Source: Takakia lepidozioides
Lineage: Eukaryota > Plantae > Bryophyta
DNA length: 64,000 nt
Assembly (NCBI GenBank): GCA_030704615.1
Contig: CM060734.1
Coordinates: 21,886,001 to 21,950,000, forward strand
Direction of reading: 5' to 3'
Shown: positions 1 through 13,169 of the stretch, one piece after another
How positions within the stretch are numbered: the stretch's first letter is position 1
How the letters are laid out: the number at the start of each line of letters is the position of its first letter
Position numbers and translations under genes: made by a program
Notes under the pieces: model-generated
The model's database searches: none
The model's input: only the letters and a program-made list of their open reading frames with translations
What the model was told of the DNA's origin: nothing

Positions 1-404
1 AGAGTAGAAGAGATTCTCAAGGACCTGGATCTGGATCCGCAAGTCTTGACCCTGCTGGATAAATCTGACTTAGAGGCTGTAGTGTCCAAAGCCATGTCTG
101 TTGCCATGAAATTCTCTGATGAAAATGAAGTTAGGCAGAAAACTTCCCTGAATTTGTTTCCAGTCTGTGACATGGGGGAGGACATCTTGGATGACCTCAA
201 GGGTCTACCCACTCTCGGCACTAGACTGAAATTTAAACTCAGGGCAGGAAGCCTACCTTTGAACAGCAAACAGAAGCAGAGAGGAAAGGGAGAGTGCAAT
301 TTCCCGTTGTGTGGGCAACCTGAAGACAGTATTCATTTTCTGATACACTGTCCGAGGTTCTCTCACCAAAGAGACGCTCTCTTCAAATCTATCAAGGGAA
401 TTGT
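1..404 (+). mobile_element. LINE ORF2 3' end fragment (C-terminal CCHC zinc-knuckle region)
   Basis: ORF 46-513 contains LKFKLRAGSLPLN...CPLCGQPEDSIHFLIHC, typical of LINE ORF2 C-termini. It abuts an opposite-strand LINE piece at ~404. Confidence 0.75.
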
Positions 405-2028
405 TTCCAACTGTGTCCTTCCATTCATCAGAGGACCCTTCACTGTTAGACCTAGAAGTTCTGCCAAGGATACTGTAGTGAGTTTCAAAGGTTTTGACAA
501 TGTCAACCGATGAAGTCACCACTGCACCTTTAGTAGTCTTCAGCGCTTGTACTTGCTGACCGCTTTTCGGCTTGTACAGACGTTGAAGGGCCAACCCGAA
601 TCTCTTGTCATTACCACCATGATGGTTTGAGTTTATTTCACTGTATAACTTGTCCCAGTATAATTTCTTCTGAGACCTTACAAGCCGATTGATATCTTTA
701 CGGAGCTGGTAGTACCTCGCCCACAATTCTCTGTTGGTTATCAAATTGCAGCGCTCTTTGTAGAGGGCTCGTCTCTCAGCTATCTTGAGTTTAATCTCAT
801 TGGTCCACCAATTAACAGCTCTACCGCAGACAATTAGTTTCCTCCCATTGATCTTGTCAGCCACAGAGGAGACGAAACTCTCCCAAGAGTCCACTGCTCT
901 TTCGACTTCATTTCTTGCGTTGTCAGAGCGAGGCTGAAGTTCTTGGAGCGAGTGGACAAAATGAGGGAGAGCCTCTTGCAAGGCCTGGGCATACTCAGCC
1001 TTGACCTCTTCATTATGGAATTTTTCTATGCGCCACTTCCGAATCGAACGTTTCACAAATCTCTTGGTGTTGGGAAAACACCTTTTGATCTCAGTCCAAA
1101 CCAGGAAGTGGTCAGAGGTACCAATATCAGTTCTGTCGATCAACACATTGGCACACTGGGGAAACAAATTTTTGTCCATTATGATATAGTCCACAATGGA
1201 ACGTTCCCCAGTTTGGGTTTTCTCACGAGTCCACTGCACTTGGTCACCTCTTGTCCTGTTATTCAAGGTCAAAAGCTGAAGCTCTTCCAGACAGTTAATT
1301 AACCGTCTGCCATTAGAATTCAGTTCGTCCTCACCAAAAGGCCCAATGATATCATCCTGATGGAGATCTTTGCCCACCCGGGCATTGAAGTCACCCAATA
1401 GAACCACCTTGGCAGGAACGAAGCACAGTCCAGCTTTACATATTCGAAGGCTTTGTCTGCGTCAACACTAAGGGTCCCCTCTGTGGGCATGTATACACAA
1501 CCCACAAAGAGGTCCTTCGTATTCACGCCCTTCAGTTTCAGTTTTAGCCAGATACTATGCTCATACCTCAAACCCTTGTTGATAATTTCACAATTATCAA
1601 ACAAGAAATCGCGGACAAAGGAATCCAACCCCTTTTTGGTCGCGTTTGGCAGAGGCTGCCTTGAGAGTACACATCTTACCCGTCCACTTATACCCATTGA
1701 CATCTCCAACCAATTTATCCGGTGTTTCCCAAGTCTCTTGACCAGCACAGATATGAATGTCATTGGCCTGAAGAACTTGTCCCACTTCGAGTTGTTTCCT
1801 TTGGTTAGTCAGCCCTGAGAAATTGAAAGTGCCCAGCCGCAAGCCAGCCCTTTGCATATGAATTGTTTGTCGTCGAGGTAGCTTATGATTGCTCCTGGAC
1901 GGCCAACCGTTCTGCAAAGGGGGGACAGTTACCCCGTGTGTAGATTTTGCTCGTCTTGTGTAAACTTTGAGGATTGGTAAACCATTCAGGGTACCAAATC
2001 CTTCAGTTACGACGTACAGGCTCCGCAC
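405..2028 (-). mobile_element. LINE ORF2 5' part: APE endonuclease and linker, frameshifted, RT missing
   Basis: Motifs GTFN, AGQETW, GVGF, VGCVYMP, VLLGDFNARVG, NSNGRRL, SIVDYII and SDHFLV are spread over three frames (ORFs 1597-2028, 1320-1763, 253-1407). Confidence 0.9.
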
Positions 2029-2265
2029 ACACTTAGGGACAGATGGTCCGTCTGCTGCTTGGGGACAATTACCCCGTGTATAGATTTTGCTCGTCTTGTG
2101 TAGACTTTGAGGATTGGTAAACCATTCAGAGTACCAAATCCTTCAGTTACAGGACGTTCAGACTCTGCAAACTTAGGGACAGATTGTCCGTCTGACTGCT
2201 TGGGGACAATTACCCCGTGTATAGATCTTGCTCATCTTGTGTAAACCTTGAGGATTGGTAAACCA
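1921..2265. repeat. ~140-bp tandem repeat (about 2.5 copies) upstream of LINE ORF2
   Basis: GGGGACA(A/G)TTACCCCGTGT...GAGGATTGGTAAACCAT recurs at ~1921, 2061 and 2201. Confidence 0.9.
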
Positions 2266-2299
2266 TGAAAAGTGATCAGACTGAGAATCAAAGGCTCTA

Positions 2300-5200
2300 C
2301 CATTGACCACTGCTGAATGCTTCACAGGGGAAAGTCTATGTCAGATTTTGGAGCCATTTATAAAGAGAGGCAGATATACCTGGACTGTGAGGCTTGGAGA
2401 AAGGTGTCAAAGGACCCTGTAACACCTCAGCTTCACAGGATTGCCATAGTTGTGAACATTCCCCTGCAAAGTCATCCCATCATGAGCGTAAGACCACTGA
2501 GAAACATCCAGTTGGAAACCAGCAAAACTTTGGGAAGTGATATGCTGATCCAGGTGAAAGGCCCAAGACTGTGCAACAGACAATTGCATGCCTGCCACCT
2601 CAATAATTTCGTGTGCCTCAAAATGACAAAATAGTACCTGTCCCATCTTTGACAGGCACCATCGGCACCACCACCTTCCTGAGATAGATCACAAAACGGA
2701 ATGTCGTCAATTGCCGAACACCCACCACGACTATTACTTACAAAGCTTTGAATTGTCTTTTTTTCCCTTTCCACTGCTAATGAACACAGAGTGAGAGGCT
2801 CAGGAAATCGACATTTACATCTGCAGCATTTTTGACAGTCGTCATATCACATAAATTGATCATTGCCATGAACTGCTGTGAAAAATATCGCTTGCTGCTT
2901 ACATCTCATCATGAAGATTGTGGATCTCCTTCTCCAAGCATCTGGACATCCATTTGTCGGACAGCTGTTCAGCACCTTTATTTACAGGGTTTTGGGTATC
3001 ATCTGCAACAAAAACAGTATTTTTGAAAGATCTATGTGAGCTTTTCTTCAGTATCTATGTGAAATTTCTGTAATCCAAAGACAGGCTCCAAAGTCATATA
3101 ATGGAAAATGGAAATGGACCGCAGAAAACCAATCCACCAAGGCCAGTAGGGAGAACACATACCATTTCTGGTGTACCACAAGGAAGTTGGTGATGTAGGA
3201 ATTGGAATCATGAATTCCTCACACTCGTGTATCAACGGGTTTACACAGCTCTGTCGTCACAATAAACCAATATGCACATCAGCAAAGACTTGAGCGGCCA
3301 CATGCCTACTCCCAAAGCGTTAGTAATCTTCCAACTTAGACACCTCAATCATACAATCAAAAATGGAGAAAAACACTAACGAACCTCAAATGTGGACTCG
3401 AGGTCAGCCACAAACAGGGGTGGAGCCAGTGCAAGGCCATCATTTTCTCCTCCAGAGTACTGCAACATTCTCCGCCTCTTGTAGAACTCACTATTGTGAA
3501 CCGCATTGCCAGAAGAGCTACGTTTTTCAATTTCTGAAGAATCACCGATAAAAGTATGTTAACAACTAATTGGTGGTATCTCCTGAAAGGAATTAGAGGA
3601 AGGATAAGACTGCAGGGAACATTGAGCTTTGCTTTAAAGCTGAAGCAACACCCATACATCTTGAAACCAGCTACACTGCTCTACTTCAACCCTTCAAGTG
3701 CAGGAAGGTCGATGTGCCCAAAGAAAGATCTATTTGAAGTTTCCAATTAAGTCTCGGAACACAAAAAGAGCTGGCAGAGGTTCCGAGGATGATCGATTAG
3801 CACCTTGACTATCCAGAGGGAAAAACGTACAAATTGACTCTCTTATATCAGTAATTGGTGGAGTTGAAGCAAGCAGGGAATGGGAGTCTGATTCGCTTTG
3901 CGTCAAATCCTCCCAAAAAGACGTAGAAATGGCCCGAGTAAAGAAGGAAGTCAGCGATCGAAGGAAATGCAGGACCTCAAAATCTTCAAAGAGATTCACT
4001 CATGACACGATTCTTGATACTTAATCACGGACTAGCTCCATCAATCCGTGAGAAACTCTGTTGTATACATTTACTTCTACGCGTGAATCTCTCCCGCAAA
4101 AACGCTAGTCTACTTTAAAGAACCAATAGAAGCAACTGCAGATGTGCAACATTGCGAGCTACCGACCTACAGGAGATTCCGAGTCGAACTTGAATGTATC
4201 GTCCTGCCAGTACCAAGGCTCGGTGTCATCTCTTGCTGCCATTGGCTCGATTGGAGTAACCAAGACCAAGTATCACTTCAAATCAAGATTGAAAGTGCCA
4301 TTGGTCCAAGAATCATTGGTTTCTTGCAGGGGGCGCGCGATGTGGTGCACACATGTTACAGAGCCTTTGGAGGTAGCTGCATCGTGCCCATGGCGCTAAG
4401 CGTGTACGTTCGGGATTTCAATCAGAGCCACCCACTCACTTCCACTTTGGCGCATTCCATCAAGAAAGAGCGAGAAATTCCAGCATAGAGGAAGACATCT
4501 GCAGTGTAGCAAATTACACTCAAGGTAATGAAAATCTGGAAAGGGAATACTGTAATTCAGCAACATCGAACAAACTGTTACGCTAGACAAGTTGGATTCA
4601 TCTAAGGAACTGCTCCCATATTCAGCTCAATCAATGCTACTAGCTTCAAGCATCCAGAGAGGCCCAGAGTGACACACGGAAACACGGGACCTACAAAACC
4701 AGAGATGCTGAAGGCGACGCAGCCATTCGAGTAAAGCAAGAGCTATCCTGCAGAACTCCTATACAATAGCATCTGAGAAACAAACCAGAAAAAATCTCGA
4801 CTCACCGGATTCTCGAAGTGCAAGACAAGACGCCTGGGTATCCTCGAATTGTGTATCGACGAGGAAATGAGCAAGCGCAAAAGAAAGAACACGATAGTAA
4901 GAGAGAGACAGAAAGCAAGTTTCAGGCCCTGCCGACAGTGAATCTTGGAGATAAGAAACAGATCACCCTCACAATTGCTGTGGTGAAGTGCATAAAGAGA
5001 GACAATGCCGAAGGAGACAGAACTAAGCTCATGAAATCAGCCCAAAACCCCAGACATTGAGGTTGAAGCTTAACAGGTGAGAGGAAAATAAAAACAAAGG
5101 ACCAGATGGAGTTGGCGGGCAGAAGGACAAGACAAATTAAATCCTGTAAGGCCGAGAACCTCAAGGAGAGATAGCTGAAGCTTGAAAAATGTCAAAAGAA

Positions 5201-5400
5201 AATGAAGATGCGATCAACTACAACATGGCCGATAGGACAAAGACGGGATCAACTGCAAAAATGTGACAAAGACGGGGTGAAATTGGCACTCATGAAGCCT
5301 CTTCCACATAGACAACCTCAAGGATTGTAATTCCTCTCCGACGTCTGCAGCAAATGGAGGGGGAAAGAAAAACGCAGAGCTGAGCGCAGGTACATAAGGA
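2300..5400 (-). mobile_element. Highly decayed LINE RT-like remnant (boundaries approximate)
   Basis: Minus-strand relics resemble RT motifs (LAPPLFVADLE at ~3400-3430, QVFADV at ~3280). There is no long ORF. Confidence 0.4.
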
Positions 5401-6829
5401 CGTCAATGTGGCCTTATCATTGTCTCGAAGCTCCAAGAATGCGTCGACAAAGAAACACAAGGCGAATCAAAGCCCCCTGCCTCTCAGCAAGACTGAACCT
5501 GCCTCATCCACACCGCAATTATGTAATCAGCGCAAAGCTCACCAGACCAGACAGCGGCGGCTCTGCGCTGCAGGGTGGCACGGTCGGGCCGGGTAGCCCG
5601 GCCCGGCCCGGCCTCCATCTACCCCCTTTCTCTTTTCTTTATATATATATATATATAATGAACAGGGGGATTGTAGCCCTGATAAATTTTATTGAATAGG
5701 TAAGGAAAAGAAAATATTTATCTCCATGTCACCACGTGTCGCCTTCGTTCATATGGTCCTCCTAATATTATTCTTATTGGAGAGAAAATAGTACACCAAA
5801 TATCCACTTTCACCACACTATTCGAGGGCGCCTGCCGGTCACCGAAGGAGTGGCGCACAGGACAGCGGGCTGGGGCCGGTGAGCAACGGTGCAAAAGAAC
5901 AAGAAACTTTTGGCGGTATTGCAAAAGGTGGCGCGCCGTACCAACCCGTTGCGCCGGACGGAACTGCGACGTACCCGGGCTGTGCCAAGATGCTCTTCCA
6001 CCTCACCGCTTCAGCCGGTTTTTATTTTTATTTTCATCTTAATTTATTTTTCTTCTCTTATCTCTTTTCAAGTTGTTTTCAAATTCAGGCTGTGGCATTT
6101 CTTTCCTCTTACGATTCAGGGCAAGAGAGTGATCGTCAACGCGGGCAAGAGCCTGAGCTTTATGCTTGCCCATTATACCCTGCGCTGGTAGTCTTCTTTA
6201 GTCTAGTCCAGCTTCTTCTCTAATGTTTTGCTTCCCCCACTCTTGACCTCCTTGGTCTTCAGTGTTCTCAGTGGTTTTCTGGTCAGGGGGTGGTATCCCC
6301 TTCATATGCTTTAAGGCTGTATCCCGACGGGTTGTTTTCTCCCGTTTTTCTTTAATATGATTTTCAGGGCCTCCGTCCCCTTTTATTAAAAACGTAAAAA
6401 CCTTCAGATTTTTTGGCTTTGTTAAAATTAGGGCTTCCCTGGCAGGAATTTTCCCTCGCAAGTGATTACAGGTTTTTGCCCCGGGAGGGGGGGCTGTAAT
6501 CCCAGATTATGGAATCTGTCCCCTGGCAGGCTGGCATATTTTATGTTCTTAATATTGGGCAGACGATTTTCAAACGAGCTACAATGACGTGACAATGAAA
6601 CCCTAGTGGCAACGCAGAGGAGAAACGGGCAGTCTCGAAAACGGGCAGCTTCGTTTTTTACGAAAGGTAAAGTCCTCGGGGGAGGGCTTTACCTCTTACA
6701 AAAAACAAATTCAGGTTGGGGGAAGAAGCCCCGTTAGCCTACGTGATAGCCTGCCACCCAAAAAGCTCTCTCGAGTCTCGCTCTATCCGCGCGTGCGGGA
6801 GGTTACAGGGTGGTCAATGTAGCCCATCA

Positions 6830-7140
6830 CGGTTAAAATTCCAGAATGTCAATGCGAACTCGAAATGCATGAGGTGTCAGAAGGCGCAGCAGCCGTAAAT
6901 GAGACGTGGACCCACGATAGCTCCGTCCCATCCAGTCCCTGCCTCTGTGTGGCCTGCCCGGATGCAGAGATAAAGATAAAGTTTCTTTAAAGTCCAGTGA
7001 ATTTACAGAGCCTACTGCTCCACACACAGGCCATCGAGGGCCCAATGGACGGTCTGAAGGCACATGTTGAAGGATTGAACCCAGGATCACCTAGGTTATG
7101 CACAGGCAAGGCACAAACACCCAACCACTGGGCTACCTGC
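6830..7140 (-). mobile_element. tRNA-derived SINE
   Basis: Minus-strand A box TAGCCCAGTGG (7125-7135) and B box GGGTTCAATCC (7072-7082), followed by a non-tRNA body. Confidence 0.55.
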
Positions 7141-7619
7141 TCAAGTGCGAGAGAGAGGGGGAGGGACGGAGGGGGGGAGCTACCGACGATTCGAGAAGGC
7201 AGATTCTGAGCTCACGTGACCCACTCGCTCGCATCATGCTGGGCTGTTACATTTAAATATCTATATTGCATACATTATTCGAATTGTAGGTAGGGAGGGG
7301 CCATAAAGGTGGGACTGCCAAAATCGCCGTCGCCATCGCTGGCGGCATCGACGAGTGGGGTGACTGACGGCCGTCGCAGGAGCCGGACGTCAGGCAGTAA
7401 TGGCCGTCTCCGTCTCTCAGCGACACCTGTTGCAGCTTTTCCGAAATATTGTGCGGCATGGGTTATATTGGTAATGGATGGATGCAGCCAGAATGTTGTC
7501 GTTGCTCTATTTGAATCGGCGGGGGGAACCAAGAATATAACGCACTGCCGCTATAATAACCTTCACATTGGTACCGTCCTTATAATGATGCTTCATACCC
7601 CTAGACCTTTTACCTTAAT

Positions 7620-7790
7620 TTTTTTAGTTTTTTGTTTCTTAGCCCCAGCCAGCAATTGGGCCTAGTACTAAACCCCCTTTCCAGGCCCCATGAAGTCCCA
7701 GCCTGAAGGCAGAGAGACAGCTCACAGGGGTTTGAACCCCGGACGCACAGGCCAATGCACAAGATGTCTTACCAACCAGGCGTGTGCTGT
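7620..7790 (-). mobile_element. tRNA-derived SINE
   Basis: Minus strand reads CGCCTGGTTGGTAAG...GGGGTTCAAACCCC (7727-7740) with an A-rich tail at ~7620. Confidence 0.5.
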
Positions 7791-8642
7791 TTAAATTGCG
7801 GAGAAATCCAAGCAGAAATTGGGAAATTGGGCAATTGGAAGACAAAAAGAAAGGCCCCACCAGCATTTCGGGGGAAAGAATTCTAGGGTTTTTGTTGCTT
7901 TGGAAATCGGGGTCAATTGCACCAACTTGGATAACTGCACAGTGCATTCCATACTCGCTGGATCTGCCCATTTTGCGTAATAATGAGTGGACGCATTCAC
8001 TTGCAAAAGTTCTATGAAATAGAAAACCCTAAAAGAAAAGAAAAAACTGCACTACTATACACTGCCATTCAGTGAGTTGGAGGGAATTTTTTTTTCCAAT
8101 ATTTTTGCTTCACGATCAGACTTAATCCGGGTTGAGTTGACCAGGATTAAGTTAACCAGCGAGCGCGAGCGCAATAATGAAGGGTCAAACCCCGGGGGTA
8201 GTGGTACAGGTACTGAGAGTAATTGAAAGCAAAGGATTGTACACTGTGGATGATTTGAGTCTTGAGATCTGAGTAGCAGCTAATAACCTTTTGTTAATTC
8301 TCAGTACCCTGTACTTACTACTAACTTACTATCTACACACTCAAAACTGACAAAAGCTCCAAAAGAGCCAGGTTGCCTCATTAGCCCAGCCAAAATGTGA
8401 ATCACAATTTCAAGGCATATAACCTCTATAACTCTAAACAATAAATAAATAAATTTTATAAATAAAAATAACATTAAATATTTCATGTGATTGAGAGTAC
8501 TTTAGACAAGACCTTTCTTTAAAGCCACATTTGTCTTGAGAATTACTTTAATGTGTATCGATTGTAAATTAAAACCAAATTTACTTTCTATTTTATTTTA
8601 CTTTATAAGAAGGAGCAAAGACCTTGAACATATTTCAATACC

Positions 8643-8848
8643 TCGGCTGGTAGCTCAGCTCGTAAGTGCACAGTGTGTTGCCCTGGTGGTTCAGGGTTCG
8701 AACCCGCTGCCCTGCGTGGTGTGTGGATTGTTCGTGACCGGGTGGTCTGGTGGTGTTGTTTCCCTCCTGTGTGCCCAATGGCTTATCTGAAAGGGAGTTA
8801 ATTTTTCCCCCTCCTCAAGGGCCTTGTGAGCAGTCGCTCCCAGGTTTT
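8643..8848 (+). mobile_element. tRNA-derived SINE
   Basis: A box TAGCTCAGCTCG (8651-8662) and B box GGTTCGAACCC (8695-8705). The 3' tail TGTGAGC.GTCGCTCCCAGGT is shared with ~9225, ~10220, ~12200 and ~12345. Confidence 0.7.
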
Positions 8849-10212
8849 AGAATATATATATATATATACCTCTAGAGTCTACAAATATGTACAGGGTGGT
8901 TTCCCCGCTGTAAGCTTTCAGGGCCCCTAAGTGGTTATTTTTTCCACTTTTTCTAGTGCATTTCTCGGCTCCTTCGCTGTCCTCCAAAAAAAGAAAAAGA
9001 AAAATGAGTGCTTATCCTGGAAAATCCATTCCACAGGAAGCTCTTGAAAGTAGATTTCTATCAAGCTATAGTTCAAGAAATATTTCTGCAAAGTTATTTT
9101 GATATTAGAACTTGCAAGATAGGCTACCATTTTAAATAAGGATAGTGCTACCTTGTCTTGTGTGGTCTGTTTTTGGTCTGGTGTCTCCCCTATGCTTCGT
9201 GGTTTCTGTAAGTAATGGACCTGAATTGTGAGCTGCCCTCCCAGGTTTCCTTTTTTTTTAAAGATTCTTAAAAATCAAATGGATCGACCCAAAAAAAAAA
9301 AAAGAGGGATCCACAAGATGGTAAATTCTTATGAACCATAGCTGGAAGAGTCTAAAAATGCAAAATAGACTAATATGGAGTGTCTAATTTATGCTTACTA
9401 GTAGAGTCCTCTTTCTTTCTTGGAGCATCTATTTGAAGAGAAAAAAAAAAGAGAAACTCAATTACATTCATTTGTGTGGAAAACTTAGATCTAAAGAGCT
9501 TTCAACCAGTTGATGCCAGGTGGCTCTGCCCCCGTTGGTACTTTTCAAAATACCACACAAATGTCCACAGAATAATCAGTATTCTCTTAAATATATTCAT
9601 CCATATTATTTATCACATCCATCAATGAATTTTCTTCTCATCCACAAGGGGTTAAGAATTGTGGATGAAACTCCAGCCCTGCCATCATCCAGATGTCATC
9701 CGTCCGGCAACATTAACGAAGGGCTTTATTGATCGAATGTACAAAAAAGCCTTTAGTGGCATAATGAAGGCCTCAAAGGAAAGTAGAAAGGACATGGTGC
9801 ATCGCACACGAGAATTCACTTCGCAGGTCATGTACCTCCTCAAGTACATGAAAAGTCATGCCACGAGATTCACCCCTGCATCCAAAATAATGCCATGATT
9901 TTGATGGTGGAGCCTAGATTCATCCAAGTACAGGATGTAATGACTAATGACTGAGATGATAGCTGGAGATACGGATCACCACTCAGTGTTTTTTTTCCAG
10001 AATAACGAGGGGGCAGGGTTAGAAAGGTAGCAATATTAACAGGTGGCATGTTTTAACACGTCCACGTAGGAAAAAAATCAGGCTCCTGATACTCAACTAC
10101 TGGCGGTTTCTGGCGATTTTTTCAACCAAAAAAAAAAAAACAACCATAATTCCTTTGTACAAGTAGCTGACCCATTTTCCAAACATCTGGCGATTTTTTT
10201 TATTTTGAAAAA

Positions 10213-10410
10213 GGGAAACACCTGGGAGCGACAGCTCACAAATCAGGCCCCTTAATAGTGAGAGGAGAAAATAACCTCTTTCACAGTAACCGCGCCATGG
10301 AGGCGTAGAAGCGGGACACCGCCCAGGGAAGTGGGGTACCACACCCGTCAAAGTAGCAGGATAACTGGGTGGCACTCAGTGCACTAACCAACTGAGCTAC
10401 TGACTGTTGG
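10213..10410 (-). mobile_element. SINE copy of the same family as 8643-8848
   Basis: Minus-strand TAGCTCAGTTGG..AGTGCAC head and the same GTCGCTCCCAGGT tail. Confidence 0.6.
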
Positions 10411-10639
10411 TCTGGCGATTATTTGCCGGAAATAAAAACACTGCCACTCACAATATTCACTAAAGAATAAAAAGAAAAAAATGTCTTTATATAAATTGCT
10501 ATATATACTTCAAGGTGTTCAAAGTAGTAGGCCAATGACTGGGTTAAGTGACACCATAAGTGTATTTCCGCTTGCTTCAGCAACGTGTCCATATTTTTTT
10601 TTAATATACTTCATAGAAGATGAATTTATTTATTCTGTT

Positions 10640-10805
10640 TAACCAAGGAAACACCGGCTCCAGCAACTGGGCCTTGATGGGGAAAATAAACCGAGCCATG
10701 GAACTGGGTAGAGCCCCAGCCCGAAGGCACAGACACAGATGACAGGGGTGGTTTTTGAGCCCAAGAACCAGAGGCCAATACGAGTGGCTTACCACCTGGC
10801 CACAG
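10640..10805 (-). mobile_element. Degenerate tRNA-like SINE
   Basis: Minus strand GTGGCCAGGTGGTAAG...GGGCTCAAAAACC resembles the 7620-7790 copy. Confidence 0.4.
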
Positions 10806-11027
10806 TCATGTTGTCTATTTTTTATATTTTCAATATATTTCAAGGAATTTTTATTTTTTTGTAAAATGAGCTTATAAATAAGTGAGTAATTTTTCCATAA
10901 CCCCTTTAACGAGCTCCTTTTATATGTTTTCAAAGAGATTTATATATTAAACATTATAAACGTTGTTTGTTTTATCGTAAGAATAAAAGACGTGATCTCA
11001 TCTTCTCTAACTCTGCCTTCCTCCTAA

Positions 11028-11500
11028 ATGTTAAGAGATGGGAACTTGTTTTGTGAGTCCCTTAGAGGTATAGTGCTTTGGCATATATGGAAGATGAGGT
11101 GTTCCACTGTTTTTCAGAATGATTTGCCTTGCCTGCAAAAGGTCTTATACTTAGCTCACTCAGACCTTAAGTCTGAAGCTCGCAAGTCTTGGTGCACCCT
11201 TGTGGCAGCAATCGCAAGATGTGGAATCAGGAAGAAAGTCAAGCTCCTTAAAGACTTGACAGAGATCGCGCAAGGGAGGGATTTTTTGCAGAAGAATTGA
11301 TGACACTCGGATTGAGTGGTATGAAAACATCCCTGCCTGCTGGCAGTGACATCAGTAACAAAGATTCTCCATTGGTTGGGGAGGATGCGGAGGCGAATTG
11401 GAGACACAAAAGAAGTCAGCGAAAAGGAAAATCAAAGGCGCATTTATCTTTTGAGGCCCCTAAGAGGAAGAGAGGCAGTATGTAGCTCCGGTGTTAGGGA
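11028..11500 (+). mobile_element. LINE ORF2 3' fragment
   Basis: ESLRGIVLWHIWKMRCSTVF matches the W-x-I-W-K-x-R motif of plant L1 C-termini and is homologous to 13334-13887. Confidence 0.7.
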
Positions 11501-11551
11501 TCTTCCTTGTCCCCACTTTGGAATTTTCTTGGGTGCTGCAGATTATCTCTG

Positions 11552-11775
11552 ATATCAGGTGCACTGGCCATTAGTGTTCTGGTATTGCAGGCTGATTCTA
11601 CTTTTGCTCTAGCCTATATTCTTCTCTCTGAGCTTGTAGCTTTGTTGTTACAATCCTGCATGATTATATCAGGTGCACTGGCCATTAGTGTTCTGGTATT
11701 GCAGGCTGATGCTACTTTTGCTCTAGCCTGTATTCTTCTCTCTGAGCTTGTAGCTTTGTTGTTACAATCCTGCAT
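11552..11775. repeat. 114-bp direct tandem duplication
   Basis: ATATCAGGTGCACTGGCC...ACAATCCTGCAT occurs at 11552 and 11666. Confidence 0.95.
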
Positions 11776-13169
11776 TGTTGCAGCAGAGTTTTGTAGCTTC
11801 TCTAGTATGATTCCTGGTTTTCTCCCCCCCTCTCTTGGAACTAATGGCTCGGAGTGGAACCTCTTTCCTCTGCCTTATGGCTCTTGTAAGGTTATTTTTT
11901 CCTTACCTCTTTTTTATAAATTTTCAGGGCTACAATCCCCCTGTTCTATTAAGAAAAAAAATAAAAAATAAAAGGGTGCAATCCTGCCATCGGGGGCTGT
12001 GCCACCGGTCACCGCCTACCCCCGGTACCCTTTGTGCCACTGTATCTTGGGCGCATGTAGCACGTGTATGTCATTCTTCGCTTTCCAGCTCTTTAACGAT
12101 GGTTCGGGGCTACCCTCGCGGTGGTCTTGTGTTCAAATTCACGCTACACCAGTCTCGTTCTACATATGTAGAATTCTTTTTGTTTTCTTAAGGATACCTG
12201 GGAGCGACAGCTCACAACTCAGGCCAGGGGGAGAGGTTTTTGAAAATTTGCGAATGTGGGTTTTGGGGAGACGGTAGTTTACGTGTCACAGGGAAAACAA
12301 TTTTTTGAGAAACAGATCTATATACCTACATATTCATATAAAGGGAAACCTGGGAGGGACAGCTCACAATTCAGGTCCTTACAAAGAGGAGGGGGAAAAG
12401 TTTTGAATATTTTCGAAAGTGGGTTTTGGGGAGACAGTGGTTACGTGTGACAGGGAAAACAATTTTCTGAGAAACAGAAGCCGAATAAAAGAAAGCAGGG
12501 CTGCAGCATCTGCAACAACAAACAAGGTGATAAACAGAGAAGAGAGGGCCAGCTATGGCTGCAGCGGAGAGATGCCCTCCACTGTTAATGCAACCCACCC
12601 ACCACCACCCTGCTTCATTATTCATCACCCTGTTGCCAATCTGTATGCGAGCCTTTATGATGGCAACCACAAAACTGAGTGTAGAGAGAGTGTGTAGGCT
12701 AATGTGGGTGTGGAGCTTGTGCATCAACGCTGCTGCTGCTGCTGCCTCTTCATCACGGTCTCTTGTGTGCAGAGGTACATAAGCAACACAATGGCTGATG
12801 AGATATATTAAGCAGTCCCCTCACTCACTCACAGAATAACTCACAGAAACCCTTATTAATATTGAATCCCTTCTATCCCACTTGACCTTGACCAGCATTG
12901 TAACTTAGTTTGGATGATAGTCAAGTTTAGCCCTCCTTCCTGTCCCCGCTGGTCCTGGGTGCCAGGTGGTGGGGCAATAGCCAGAGTTTAGCCAATTTTA
13001 GCCACTAGATGGAAAACTCCCTCCATCCTTGTTGGGGGTTGTTCATCCACAGCCAGAGCTAAAGTAAGCAGGGGAATTTAGTAGGGCCTAATGTTAGCCA
13101 TCCCCTTAAAGATGGCTGCTGGCAGCCATCCAAATATCTTATCAGGTGCTAAAGTTTAGTTTTTTTTTT

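Noticed and set aside
8643-8710. Functional tRNA genes at the A/B-box sites
   Set aside because: No convincing cloverleaf or acceptor stem by eye, and they continue into shared SINE-like bodies and tails.
11507-11971. Hydrophobic 154-aa ORF as a membrane protein
   Set aside because: It arises from a 114-bp tandem duplication in LINE 3' sequence.
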